Origin: a candidate division WOR-3 bacterium
GTDB lineage: Bacteria; Hydrothermota; Tepidihabitantia; SM23-42; CAYGYG01
NCBI GenBank assembly: GCA_965648915.1
Contig: CBFGIV010000003.1
Location: 32,001-96,000, forward strand
Length of the DNA: 64,000 bases
Direction of reading: 5' to 3'
How positions within the stretch are numbered: the first letter of the stretch is position 1; every line of letters starts with the position of its first letter. Positions 22,163 to 31,488 of the stretch are shown one piece after another. Below the pieces are notes generated by a model. The model was not told the origin of the DNA and did no database searches. It was given only the letters and a program-made list of their open reading frames with translations. The translations under genes and the position numbers were made by a program.

Positions 22163-22435
22163 ATGACCAAGGCGGAGATTGTAGCCGCTATCGCCAAGAA
22201 AGCAAAGATTAAGAAGACACAGGCGAATATCGCACTCGATACATTTGTCGATTCGGTCACGGCCGCACTGAAGAAGGGTGACAAAGTTTCACTGGTCGGT
22301 TTTGGAACCTTCCTGGTTGCAAAGCGCAAGGCGCGTAAGGGATTCAATCCTCAGACCAAGGAAGAGATCAAGATACCACCCAAGAAAGTACCTAAATTCA
22401 AACCAGGACAAGATCTGAAAAAGGCAGTCAAATAG
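22163..22435 (+). CDS. hup: HU family DNA-binding protein
   Basis: MTKAEIV, V.LVGFGTF, R.G.NPQT, PKFKPG; GGAGGTG RBS. Confidence 0.96.
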   Translation: MTKAEIVAAIAKKAKIKKTQANIALDTFVDSVTAALKKGDKVSLVGFGTFLVAKRKARKGFNPQTKEEIKIPPKKVPKFKPGQDLKKAVK

Positions 22436-22444
22436 AGTTGCCCA

Positions 22445-22478
22445 GGGGATGCTGATCAGCATCCCCTTTATATTTTTA
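22445..22478 (+). terminator. Intrinsic terminator after hup
   Basis: GGGGATGCTGA/TCAGCATCCCC perfect dyad followed by T-rich tract. Confidence 0.8.
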
Positions 22479-22488
22479 TACTTAGAAT

Positions 22489-23055
22489 ATGAGACCCGTT
22501 ATCATTCTTGCCTCTACTTCTCCCCGACGCAGGATAATTCTTAAAAAACTTAAAATACCGTTTGAGGTAGTAAATCCGGCGATATCAGAAAGACTGAACA
22601 TAACCAATCCAGTAAAGTATGTAAAGACCGCAGCCGAGTTAAAGGCGAAGGTAGTTAGCCTTAAGCGGAGAGGTTTAATTGTCGGTGTCGATACTGTGGT
22701 TGTAATCGATAATAAAATTTTAGGGAAACCAGAGAACCGCAAGGAAGCACGAGCAATGATCCAACGATTGAGTGGTCGCAAACATAAGGTCTTATCAGCG
22801 GTGTTCCTGATTGATAGTAAGACGGGTCGTCAGTGGCAGGCGATTGAAAAGACAGCGGTAAAATTTCGCCGGCTCGGTCCGGCGGAGATTGAATCTTATA
22901 TCCGTTCATCTGAACCTTATGATAAGGCCGGAGGTTATGCAATTCAGGGTCAGGCGGGGCTATTCGTCGAGTGGATAGATGGTTGCTACTGGAATGTCGT
23001 TGGATTCCCAATCTCGTCTTTTTTAAGTTTGTTAAAAAAGAGCGGCTATTTTTAG
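22489..23055 (+). CDS. maf: Maf family nucleoside triphosphate pyrophosphatase
   Basis: ILASTSPRR, DTVV..LGKP, DKAGGYAIQG, NVVGFP. Confidence 0.93.
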   Translation: MRPVIILASTSPRRRIILKKLKIPFEVVNPAISERLNITNPVKYVKTAAELKAKVVSLKRRGLIVGVDTVVVIDNKILGKPENRKEARAMIQRLSGRKHKVLSAVFLIDSKTGRQWQAIEKTAVKFRRLGPAEIESYIRSSEPYDKAGGYAIQGQAGLFVEWIDGCYWNVVGFPISSFLSLLKKSGYF

Positions 23056-23057
23056 AT

Positions 23058-25160
23058 CTAAAAATTTGCTGAAATTCCGAGGAGGGGAATAAAAGGGAGT
23101 GAATAGTAGGTTTTAGTTCTACCGGTAGTTGGATCAAACTCGTAATTTTCGATATTCTTCCTGTTCAACAGATTGATGGCTTCACCATAGAAGGTTATGA
23201 TACCCAGTCTCTTTTCAAGCCGAAGGTCAAGTCGACTGTAGTATTCGGTGCGGGCACTATTTTTTTCTCCGTAGACGGGTAGGTAGCACTGTCTTAAGGA
23301 ATCATAGAATGTCTGAACCAACGGTGTATATGGTTTACCCGAGGCAAACCTTAAATTGGTCGATACGGTAAATCCTTTGATTTCGGGCAGGGCTAGGCTC
23401 AGATTTATCGTGTGGGGCTGTTCCCAGTCAGCACGGTAGAGTTTTCGATCAAAACCGGTTTTACGATAACTGGTAAGGAAAGAGTATGAGAACCACCCGG
23501 ATAAATATCTCTTATCTTCGCGCTGAAGAAAGATCTCAATCCCCCGGGCATAGCCATAGCCATCATTGGCCGTATGCTGGAAGGTCGAATCCGATGTGAT
23601 GAGCCGATCGTAGTCTTTATAATATACTTCAATCTTAATCCGGTTATTGGCTAAAAAATTCCATTCGGTTCCGAGAATATAATGGGTTGCCTTCTGTGAT
23701 CGGGGGAAATTTGTTGTATCAAGCAGTTGTTCAAGTCGTCGGGGGAACTGATAAAATATACCATAGGCGGCGAAGACCGTGAGATCGCGATCCGGCAAAA
23801 GGCTGAGCATAATGCGGGGTGAAGTGACATACTCCTGACATTTTTTAAAATAATCTCCCCGTATGCCGTAACGAATGTTTATCAGGTAGTTAGGACGCTG
23901 TTCGGCTTCAATAAATAATCCTGGCACCGTAGTAATAATGTTGCTCTTTAAGAAAAGGTCGGGTTCGAGCGTATCAGGGATACCGCGCATACCAAAACCC
24001 GGCATCTTACCCTTTAAATTAAAGAGAATCCGGCTGTAGGAATAGCCACATTTAAGAGTAAATGTGATAGATGGCTGATAGATGATATCCTGCCGATAGA
24101 CATAAAGCTTCAAATCATTATCCGCATGCCAGCGTAATAGTCTTATTCGGGCAGGGAAATAGTCAAAGTAGATGAGCGAGCGGAGGAGAAGATTGGTTCG
24201 GGCATTAAAATCATAGGCAACCGATGCATGACTGACCGACTGCCACCAGGTAAGTGTAGCTCCCTCTTCGTCAAGGGTGACTTTTGAATTGTCCTCGCTC
24301 AATAAGAAGGTAGATGAGATTTTATGATTTTTGTTGATCGGCAATACAAAATTGCCGTTAAGGTCATAATAATTAGGCAGGATATAACTCTCGGTTGCTC
24401 CCGATTTTTCAAGTAAAATATCGAACCAGCTGCGCCGTAGACATAAGGCGATATTGGGTGCGGTTATAAAAAATTTCGCATTGGCGAGATCGAGGGCAAT
24501 CTTTCCTCTCCATCTTTCACCCCGGATCAGACGGGTCGAGACAATCCCGGACATCGCCCAGTTGTATTCGGCTGAGAAACCGCCAGTAAAAATATCGACC
24601 TGATCTATCATATCCGCATCAAACATTCCACCCAGACCAAAGAAATGGAAGGGGTTGAAGATGACACCCCGATCAAGGAGGTAGAGGACCTCATCGATAT
24701 CACCACCCCTTATTACAAAAATTCCTGAGAAGTCTGAGACCGGCGAAATACCCGGCAACTTCTGAATCGCCCGGAATAAATCACCGCCCCCACCAGCCGT
24801 TCTCTTTATTTCCGATCCAGAAATGGTCTTTGAATCTTCGATCTTCTCTTTCTTTGCGGTTACTTCAGTGACGGTTAGTTCAATCGGCTCAGGGGCGAGT
24901 TCGAAATTTAAATAGATTGAGTCTTTAAGAACGATAATCTTGATCTGGGGCTGGTAACCGATAAGGCTAACTTTCAACTGATATCGGCCGGTCGGAAGAT
25001 CCGGCATATAAAACAGCCCCTGCCGATCTGTTGATGTTCCTCTACCTGTGCCGGGGATTGTAATATTAACATTGGGTAAAGGTTGGTGTGTCTCGCTGTC
25101 GACAATGTGACCGCTAACAGTTGCAGCCAAGATAAAAAAGAATACCAACATAAAAAGCAC
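23058..25160 (-). CDS. TonB-dependent receptor with N-terminal carboxypeptidase-regulatory-like domain
   Basis: Plug motifs (LPGI, IRGG, GGFSAEY..SG), barrel strands, NLLNRKN, terminal Phe. Confidence 0.88.
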   Translation of the reverse strand: MLFMLVFFFILAATVSGHIVDSETHQPLPNVNITIPGTGRGTSTDRQGLFYMPDLPTGRYQLKVSLIGYQPQIKIIVLKDSIYLNFELAPEPIELTVTEVTAKKEKIEDSKTISGSEIKRTAGGGGDLFRAIQKLPGISPVSDFSGIFVIRGGDIDEVLYLLDRGVIFNPFHFFGLGGMFDADMIDQVDIFTGGFSAEYNWAMSGIVSTRLIRGERWRGKIALDLANAKFFITAPNIALCLRRSWFDILLEKSGATESYILPNYYDLNGNFVLPINKNHKISSTFLLSEDNSKVTLDEEGATLTWWQSVSHASVAYDFNARTNLLLRSLIYFDYFPARIRLLRWHADNDLKLYVYRQDIIYQPSITFTLKCGYSYSRILFNLKGKMPGFGMRGIPDTLEPDLFLKSNIITTVPGLFIEAEQRPNYLINIRYGIRGDYFKKCQEYVTSPRIMLSLLPDRDLTVFAAYGIFYQFPRRLEQLLDTTNFPRSQKATHYILGTEWNFLANNRIKIEVYYKDYDRLITSDSTFQHTANDGYGYARGIEIFLQREDKRYLSGWFSYSFLTSYRKTGFDRKLYRADWEQPHTINLSLALPEIKGFTVSTNLRFASGKPYTPLVQTFYDSLRQCYLPVYGEKNSARTEYYSRLDLRLEKRLGIITFYGEAINLLNRKNIENYEFDPTTGRTKTYYSLPFIPLLGISANF

Positions 25161-26452
25161 TAACCGAGAACAATTAATTTAAGGATATTTGTATATTTAC
25201 AATTTTTAAAAATCAGGAAATAGGCACCGGGTGATAAGCTTGCTTTTACTAAATTTAGAGAATGCTCCCCTCTATTTCTCTTACCAGCAAATATTCTTTT
25301 TATCTTTTTACCCGTAAGGTCATAGAGATCAATGATTATATAAGATTCTTCCTGGAGATAGAAATGGAGAGTGGTATTATTGTTAAAAGGGTTGGGCAGG
25401 GCCGAGAAGCCATTTTTTACTGGTGAGTTGACGGTTAAGAAATCGCTTATTCCGATAAGATTCACTCGTCCCCTTTCGATCGAATTTATCCCGGTTCCAT
25501 TCCATCCACAGACGACATAAAGAGAACAGCCTTTTTGGGTACCCCCGTGGGAACGGCGTGCAGTTCTGATCGGCGTCTCATTTGACCAGTATGGGTAGCG
25601 GCAATCTTTTTTCTGAACCGCATTCAGATAACTTGAACGATCCTGCCCGCCGATAATAAACATCATCAATCCGGTATCGGGTGTATTGATAATATGGCCC
25701 GACGCCCAGAAGGTGGGGAGATTCATTGAGTCTGATTTTATTATCCAGGTATCACCAGGGCAGAAATAGGCATATACTGATCGGGTGCCGTTAGGATAAT
25801 TGGTTGAACCACCACAGATAAAGATCGTATCCCCGATCGGTATAGCGCATACTGCCATCTTGGGTACCGGCATCGGTCTTTTGACTGACCAGGTGTTACT
25901 GATCGGGTCATAGCACCAGGTTTCGTCGGTAAAGAGGGTGTCATATTTTATACCCCCGAACATATAAATCTTACCATTCCAGGTGGCAAACTGATAATAA
26001 TAATGGGGGACACCCTGATTGGGCATCTTGCCGATTATCGTCCAGGTATTACTGTTTAGATCGATTAAGGTCAGATCATCAGTAAAGTTTGATCCCTGAC
26101 GTCCACCGCCAACATATATCTTTGAACCGAGGGCAACTGCTGAATGGTTATGGACACCACCTCCGCCCGGATAGGTCAAGCCTCTCTGCCAGGTATTGGT
26201 GAGGGGATCATAAACCTCGTCAAAAGGGTGTGAACCATGGGTTGGGCAGTTACCGCAGATCAAATGAATTTTATTATCCGACCCCAGAATCGCAACCGTC
26301 CTTGAGACGGCGCAGGTGGGAATTGGGACCATATATTCCCAGGTAATGGAGAATGGTCCTGCAGGGGTTGATGCTTCGCAAATAATAGGCTTACTAAGAA
26401 AATCATCAGGGGGTGGTGCCACTGTAAGGAGGAAAAATATTATAATCTTCAC
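25160..26452 (-). CDS. Kelch-repeat secreted protein with T9SS-type tail
   Basis: Repeated IY.GG..YDP..NTW; tail PNPFN..YDLTG..LSPGAYF..KLIVLG. Confidence 0.85.
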   Translation of the reverse strand: MKIIIFFLLTVAPPPDDFLSKPIICEASTPAGPFSITWEYMVPIPTCAVSRTVAILGSDNKIHLICGNCPTHGSHPFDEVYDPLTNTWQRGLTYPGGGGVHNHSAVALGSKIYVGGGRQGSNFTDDLTLIDLNSNTWTIIGKMPNQGVPHYYYQFATWNGKIYMFGGIKYDTLFTDETWCYDPISNTWSVKRPMPVPKMAVCAIPIGDTIFICGGSTNYPNGTRSVYAYFCPGDTWIIKSDSMNLPTFWASGHIINTPDTGLMMFIIGGQDRSSYLNAVQKKDCRYPYWSNETPIRTARRSHGGTQKGCSLYVVCGWNGTGINSIERGRVNLIGISDFLTVNSPVKNGFSALPNPFNNNTTLHFYLQEESYIIIDLYDLTGKKIKRIFAGKRNRGEHSLNLVKASLSPGAYFLIFKNCKYTNILKLIVLG

Positions 26453-26543
26453 ATAATAAAATATACTATAAAAAGATAAATGTCAATACAAAATTTCTAA
26501 TATTTATTCTTGAATTCGCGAGTAATTTAAGTATAATTATATT

Positions 26544-27179
26544 ATGATTAAGACTCTTCTGATAGGCCTGCTGGCATTTTATGTTGTTGAAGCCAAAGGG
26601 ATTGAGGTTTCAGAATTTGTCTGGGATTTTGGTGCGATCCCGACCAATGCCTATGCCCATCATACTTTTATTCTTAAGAATATACGCTCGATACCGATAA
26701 AGATAAAGAAGATTCGACGATTTTGCGGTTGCCTCATATTTTCGCTCTCAGACACAATCCTCTATCCAGATGTTCTCACTTATTTAAATGTTGGCTATTT
26801 CAGCGGCACCAAATCAACAAATGAGAAGAATAAAATATATATAACAACCGATGATCAAGAGGATATGGTATTAAAATTTACCGTCACCGCCGAAGTTGGT
26901 AAAGAGATCACTGGAATCCAGGTTGAACCGAAAAGATTAAAGGTCTTCGATCTCAAAAAGACATCATTGAAGTTTTATAATGCCTCTGACCATCCTGCAC
27001 CATTAAAGGTTATCTATGCAACAAAAGGTATTGAGGTCGATCCAGAAACAACAACAATCAATCCCAGGGAGAATATAAAGATTTCAATTACTTCAAAATA
27101 TAAGGTCTTTGATGAGAAACCTTCTATTTTATTTGAAATAAAAGGTTCAAGAATCACAATCCCGATTGATTTGAAATAA
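26544..27179 (+). CDS. DUF1573-like Ig domain protein
   Basis: WDFG.I..H.F.LKN..P..I..CGC. Confidence 0.7.
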   Translation: MIKTLLIGLLAFYVVEAKGIEVSEFVWDFGAIPTNAYAHHTFILKNIRSIPIKIKKIRRFCGCLIFSLSDTILYPDVLTYLNVGYFSGTKSTNEKNKIYITTDDQEDMVLKFTVTAEVGKEITGIQVEPKRLKVFDLKKTSLKFYNASDHPAPLKVIYATKGIEVDPETTTINPRENIKISITSKYKVFDEKPSILFEIKGSRITIPIDLK

Positions 27180-27203
27180 AAAAGGGGCCCTTTCGGGCCC
27201 CTT
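27177..27203 (-). terminator. Intrinsic terminator between convergent genes
   Basis: AAGGGGCCC-TTTC-GGGCCCCTT stem; A-run on left gives U-tail for the minus-strand protease mRNA. Confidence 0.8.
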
Positions 27204-27220
27204 CTGTTATAGATATCACC

Positions 27221-29332
27221 TTATCTCACGACCACCAGTTTCTTAACCGTGCTTTCGTTCTCATGCGTGTAGTTGACAAAGTAAATACCTGAGGCAAGTT
27301 TCCGGGTATCAATATTGATGGACTTAACTCCAGCCTTTTCATTGCCATCGACCAAGGTGTTAACCAGTGAACCAGTAGCATCATAGATTTTGAGTGTAAC
27401 ATTTGCCGGATGAGGCAGACCATAAGTGATGCGGGCAAAATTACGGGCATGCGAGGCTACATCGAGGGTGAAGTTTGAAGGTACCACTGCAGGATCTTCT
27501 TCAGATATGCTGACCGGGCTATAACCACGCCAGTGGGCATAGATATTGGTTACCCGATATGTTCCACCATTCGATCTCAGTTCGAGAACGAACGGGATGA
27601 TCGACTCAGCCGCCGGGATTGTGGAGAGGACGCGGAACTGGAAGTAGTCGGTTCCATTATGACCCTTGCGGTTCGCACCACCAACGCTGTCGAGGTCGCC
27701 AAATGTTCCAAGTGAATCCTCGATCACTGCATAGGTGAAGCCGGGGCGTAGACGGAGCACACCAGTAATCCCGGTTGCTCTGCGGCCACCCGCACTCCAG
27801 ATCGTGTCAACCATCCGGACCCGCTCACCTGGATCAGCCCGACCATTGTTATTACCATTACCCCAGTTGTCAATGATGGCATGGCGGTAATAAGCCAGAC
27901 TCGGACTTCGAGGCATTACCTGCAGGAGTCGAGCCATATCGATAATACCCCAGCCATAGGTACTATCTTCACCTGGTGTCCCTTTGTCTCGTGCAGTATA
28001 CATCATCAGTTTCTTCAATGTATCGGCACCGATATTGGTATTATACTGACGCATCAGTAAGAAAGCACCAGCCACATGGGGACCAGCCATTGAGGTTCCG
28101 GACATTGTTCCGTAGTTATTCGGTCCAGTCCTTAAACAGGATCGGACATTAACACCCGGTGCAACCACTTCGGGTTTGCATCTGGTAGCAGGATTGTACA
28201 TTGTGCAGTCAGTTGGACCACGGCTCGACCAGCTTGCGATATTCTCAGCATTATCAACGGCACCAACTGCATAGTTCAGAGTGAAAGTTGAGCAGATATT
28301 GGCTGGACTGCGATGGGTCTGGCGGGCTGGACCTTCATTGCCGGCAGAGTACTCAACGATACAACCAGCTGCTTCAAGCCGGTAGATCTCAGCATTCCAT
28401 CTTCGGTCGCAATCCTGATAACCGGTAAACCGTGCATCAATACCCCAGGAGTTCTGGCAGGCATCGGGCATATCATAGACCGTCGCTGGATTGCCATCCG
28501 GGTCTGCAGCCCAGGTATAGGCTTCACGGACATCAGCATCAAAACCTGAGCCTACACCCTGATTTATTGCATTATCCGCAATCCACTGTCCACCAGGTGC
28601 CATACCGACGGTATCACCCGGATAACCACCAACCATTGTCCCACAGCAGTGGGTACCATGGCCATAGGTATCCTGAGGATTGGGTTGGCTACCGAGCGCA
28701 TCTTTCCAAGCCTGGGCTAATGTTGCACCATTACGACCACGCCAGCGTCCAACCAGACAGGTATGCTGGAGATAGACACCGGTATCGAGACAGAAGGTGA
28801 GCCTTCCCAGACCATCGATCCCTCTCCGCCAGCAGGAGTCAGCCCGGACCATTGCCAGACCCCACTCATAGGCAAAGGTCTGGTCCGGAGCAGGTCCAAC
28901 ACTCACCGGCTTGATTAACTCGACCGGCAGGTCGCGGTAGATGATGTCGACATCGGGCCGGTTGACAACCTTCTCGAGAACCGACTTCTTGCACTCAAGG
29001 GCAATTGAGTTGGAAAGCCAGAAGGAACGGATGCGACGGATATTGCCGCTCGCCTTCTCCTTGTTGAGAAAGGCAAGGATATCTTTCTGACTCTCATTAC
29101 ACTTATTCATCAGGGCACTGCAGATGACATAGTGCCTCTCCTGGCGGTCGGCATTCCGGGCATTTAATTCGGCCTCGAGTGCGGGCACATCGACCTGGTC
29201 CGCCATAATCACGATTGCCCTGACTTCAGCGTCATCGGGCAGGGTCTGGAGATACTCTTCAAACGGCGGCTCATAATAACCGGCCAGAACCAGACCAATC
29301 GCCATCATAACCAAAAACGACACTCGCTTCAT
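27221..29332 (-). CDS. Secreted S8 subtilisin-like serine protease (bacillopeptidase F-like) with T9SS-type tail
   Basis: LDTG, HGTH, SAGN, GTSMAGPH catalytic motifs; signal peptide; LASGIYF..KKLVVVR tail. Confidence 0.93.
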   Translation of the reverse strand: MKRVSFLVMMAIGLVLAGYYEPPFEEYLQTLPDDAEVRAIVIMADQVDVPALEAELNARNADRQERHYVICSALMNKCNESQKDILAFLNKEKASGNIRRIRSFWLSNSIALECKKSVLEKVVNRPDVDIIYRDLPVELIKPVSVGPAPDQTFAYEWGLAMVRADSCWRRGIDGLGRLTFCLDTGVYLQHTCLVGRWRGRNGATLAQAWKDALGSQPNPQDTYGHGTHCCGTMVGGYPGDTVGMAPGGQWIADNAINQGVGSGFDADVREAYTWAADPDGNPATVYDMPDACQNSWGIDARFTGYQDCDRRWNAEIYRLEAAGCIVEYSAGNEGPARQTHRSPANICSTFTLNYAVGAVDNAENIASWSSRGPTDCTMYNPATRCKPEVVAPGVNVRSCLRTGPNNYGTMSGTSMAGPHVAGAFLLMRQYNTNIGADTLKKLMMYTARDKGTPGEDSTYGWGIIDMARLLQVMPRSPSLAYYRHAIIDNWGNGNNNGRADPGERVRMVDTIWSAGGRRATGITGVLRLRPGFTYAVIEDSLGTFGDLDSVGGANRKGHNGTDYFQFRVLSTIPAAESIIPFVLELRSNGGTYRVTNIYAHWRGYSPVSISEEDPAVVPSNFTLDVASHARNFARITYGLPHPANVTLKIYDATGSLVNTLVDGNEKAGVKSINIDTRKLASGIYFVNYTHENESTVKKLVVVR

Positions 29333-29488
29333 CTTAACCTCCTAATTGTTTAGAGTGTCACAATTTCAAACCAAAACATCGGATTATCTCCCACCCCATG
29401 TAATAAGTATCTAATTTTATCTATCTTTTTTATATTGTCAATACTTTTTTTCATCATCTGGAGAGAGAAATCGACTATATTCTTCAGA

Positions 29489-29992
29489 CTACTGCCGGTC
29501 TTTTTCCATCTCTAATTCAATCAATACCTGATTGGCGTCGACTTTGGCACCGGCCTGGATATTTACTTTTTTTATCTTCCCTTTCATCGGCGAGCGCATC
29601 TGATTCTCCATCTTCATCGCCTCAACAATCACCAGGATCTGACCCGGTTCAACCTCTTGACCCTCTTCTACCTCTACTTTCACTACAACCCCGGGCATAG
29701 GTGCGGTAATTAAGTTATCCACCGGATGTTCAATCACCGCCTTCAACTCTGCCTCCTGCACCACTTCAACCTCATAGATCTTTGAACCCCGGGCTAAATA
29801 AATCTTCTTCTCATCATAAACTGTATAGATATTGTATCTTTTATTGCTGATGGTTAAGTATAATTGATTCTCACTGATAAATCTTCCCTCGGCCTGATAA
29901 TTCTGGTCACCAATCGCGATCAAGTACTTTCCTTCTTTCTCTTCGATCGTGCCGTTTATTGGCTGCCGATTGATCCTGAGGTTAAACTTCAT
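29489..29992 (-). CDS. Biotin carboxyl carrier subunit of acyl-CoA carboxylase
   Basis: APMPG, EAMKMEN. Confidence 0.92.
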   Translation of the reverse strand: MKFNLRINRQPINGTIEEKEGKYLIAIGDQNYQAEGRFISENQLYLTISNKRYNIYTVYDEKKIYLARGSKIYEVEVVQEAELKAVIEHPVDNLITAPMPGVVVKVEVEEGQEVEPGQILVIVEAMKMENQMRSPMKGKIKKVNIQAGAKVDANQVLIELEMEKDRQ

Positions 29993-31488
29993 CTACCTAT
30001 CTCCCAATCACCGATGGTTAACCAGGGGTCGGGAAGAGACTTTTCCAGTAAATTCAATCTTTTCTGACCGATCTTCATCTGTGTTAGGATAGCGCTGGCA
30101 ACAACAATCGGTTCTGGTATGGTCTCGATTTCCGTTTGAACTTTTTTTCTTTCAAAATACTTATCGACAAAATGGGTTGAGATACGACCGGCTCTATAAT
30201 CGCCATCCATTAAAACATCCTTGAGAAAACTGACGGTCGATTTAATACCGAGAATGACATAGTCATCAAGTGCAGCAATCAATCGCTGCCGGGCGATCTC
30301 TCTTGTCTCTCCCCAGGCGATGAGTTTAGATAGTATCGGATCGTAATAGGGACTGATCTCAATTCCCGAATAGAGGCCTGAGTCACAACGGATACCAGGG
30401 CCAGTTGGTTCCCGGACAAAAATAATCTTGCCCGGAGAGGGAATAAAATTATTAGCCGGATCCTCCGCATAAATTCGACACTCAATGGCATGACCCCGCT
30501 GCCTCAGTTCATTCTGTCTTATCGACAGCCGCTCACCCGAGGCGATCAATATCTGTTGCCGGACAAGATCGATGCCGGTGACCATCTCGGTAATGGGATG
30601 CTCAACCTGGAGTCGAGCATTAACTTCGAGGAAGTAGAAATTTCTATTGCGGTCGAGAAGAAATTCAACGGTCCCGGCATTGGTATAACCAACTGCCTGA
30701 GCAACCTTAACCGCGGTCGCTCCCATCTTAGCCCTTAAGTCCTCATCCATTATGGTTGATGGGGTCTCTTCAATAATCTTCTGATGGCGTCGCTGAATCG
30801 AACACTCCCGTTCAAAGAGATGAATGATATTACCATACCGATCACCGAGTATCTGAAACTCAATATGGCGTGGTTCATCAATATACTTTTCCAGATATAT
30901 TGATTCATCGCCGAAGGAAGATTTTGCCTCACGCATACCGGCCGCAACCGCATCTTTGAGTTCACTTTCCGAACGAACAATCCGCATTCCCTTTCCCCCT
31001 CCTCCCAGTGAAGCCTTGATAATCACCGGATAACCTACCTCCTGTGCCCCTCTTAAAAAATCATCCATATCCCTTCCAACAAACTGCATCCCCGGAATAA
31101 TCGGTATTCTCTCTTTAACCACGGTATTGCGCGATTCAACTTTATCGCCGACCAATTTAAGGGCCCGGGCATCAGGGCCGATGAATGTAAGCCCGGCATC
31201 TTTACACCGCTGGGCAAATTGATAATTCTCAGCAAGAAATCCATAGCCCGGGTGGATACCATCACAGTTGGTCTCCAGTGCTGCCTTAATGATATTATCA
31301 ATATTGAGATAACTCTCAAGCGGTGCCGGGCCGCCAATACAGACTGCTTCATCTGCCATCTGGACATGAAGCCCATCCCGATCGATCGATGAATATACCG
31401 CGACAGTCGGGATCGACATCTCCCGGCAGGCGCGGATAATCCTTACTGCAATTTCACCGCGATTGGCAATCAATATCTTTCTCAGCAT
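29989..31488 (-). CDS. Biotin carboxylase subunit (methylcrotonyl/propionyl-CoA carboxylase alpha type)
   Basis: KILIANRGEIA, HPGYGFLAEN, GGGGKGMR, RECSIQRRHQK, RLQVEHP. Confidence 0.95.
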   Translation of the reverse strand: MLRKILIANRGEIAVRIIRACREMSIPTVAVYSSIDRDGLHVQMADEAVCIGGPAPLESYLNIDNIIKAALETNCDGIHPGYGFLAENYQFAQRCKDAGLTFIGPDARALKLVGDKVESRNTVVKERIPIIPGMQFVGRDMDDFLRGAQEVGYPVIIKASLGGGGKGMRIVRSESELKDAVAAGMREAKSSFGDESIYLEKYIDEPRHIEFQILGDRYGNIIHLFERECSIQRRHQKIIEETPSTIMDEDLRAKMGATAVKVAQAVGYTNAGTVEFLLDRNRNFYFLEVNARLQVEHPITEMVTGIDLVRQQILIASGERLSIRQNELRQRGHAIECRIYAEDPANNFIPSPGKIIFVREPTGPGIRCDSGLYSGIEISPYYDPILSKLIAWGETREIARQRLIAALDDYVILGIKSTVSFLKDVLMDGDYRAGRISTHFVDKYFERKKVQTEIETIPEPIVVASAILTQMKIGQKRLNLLEKSLPDPWLTIGDWEIGR

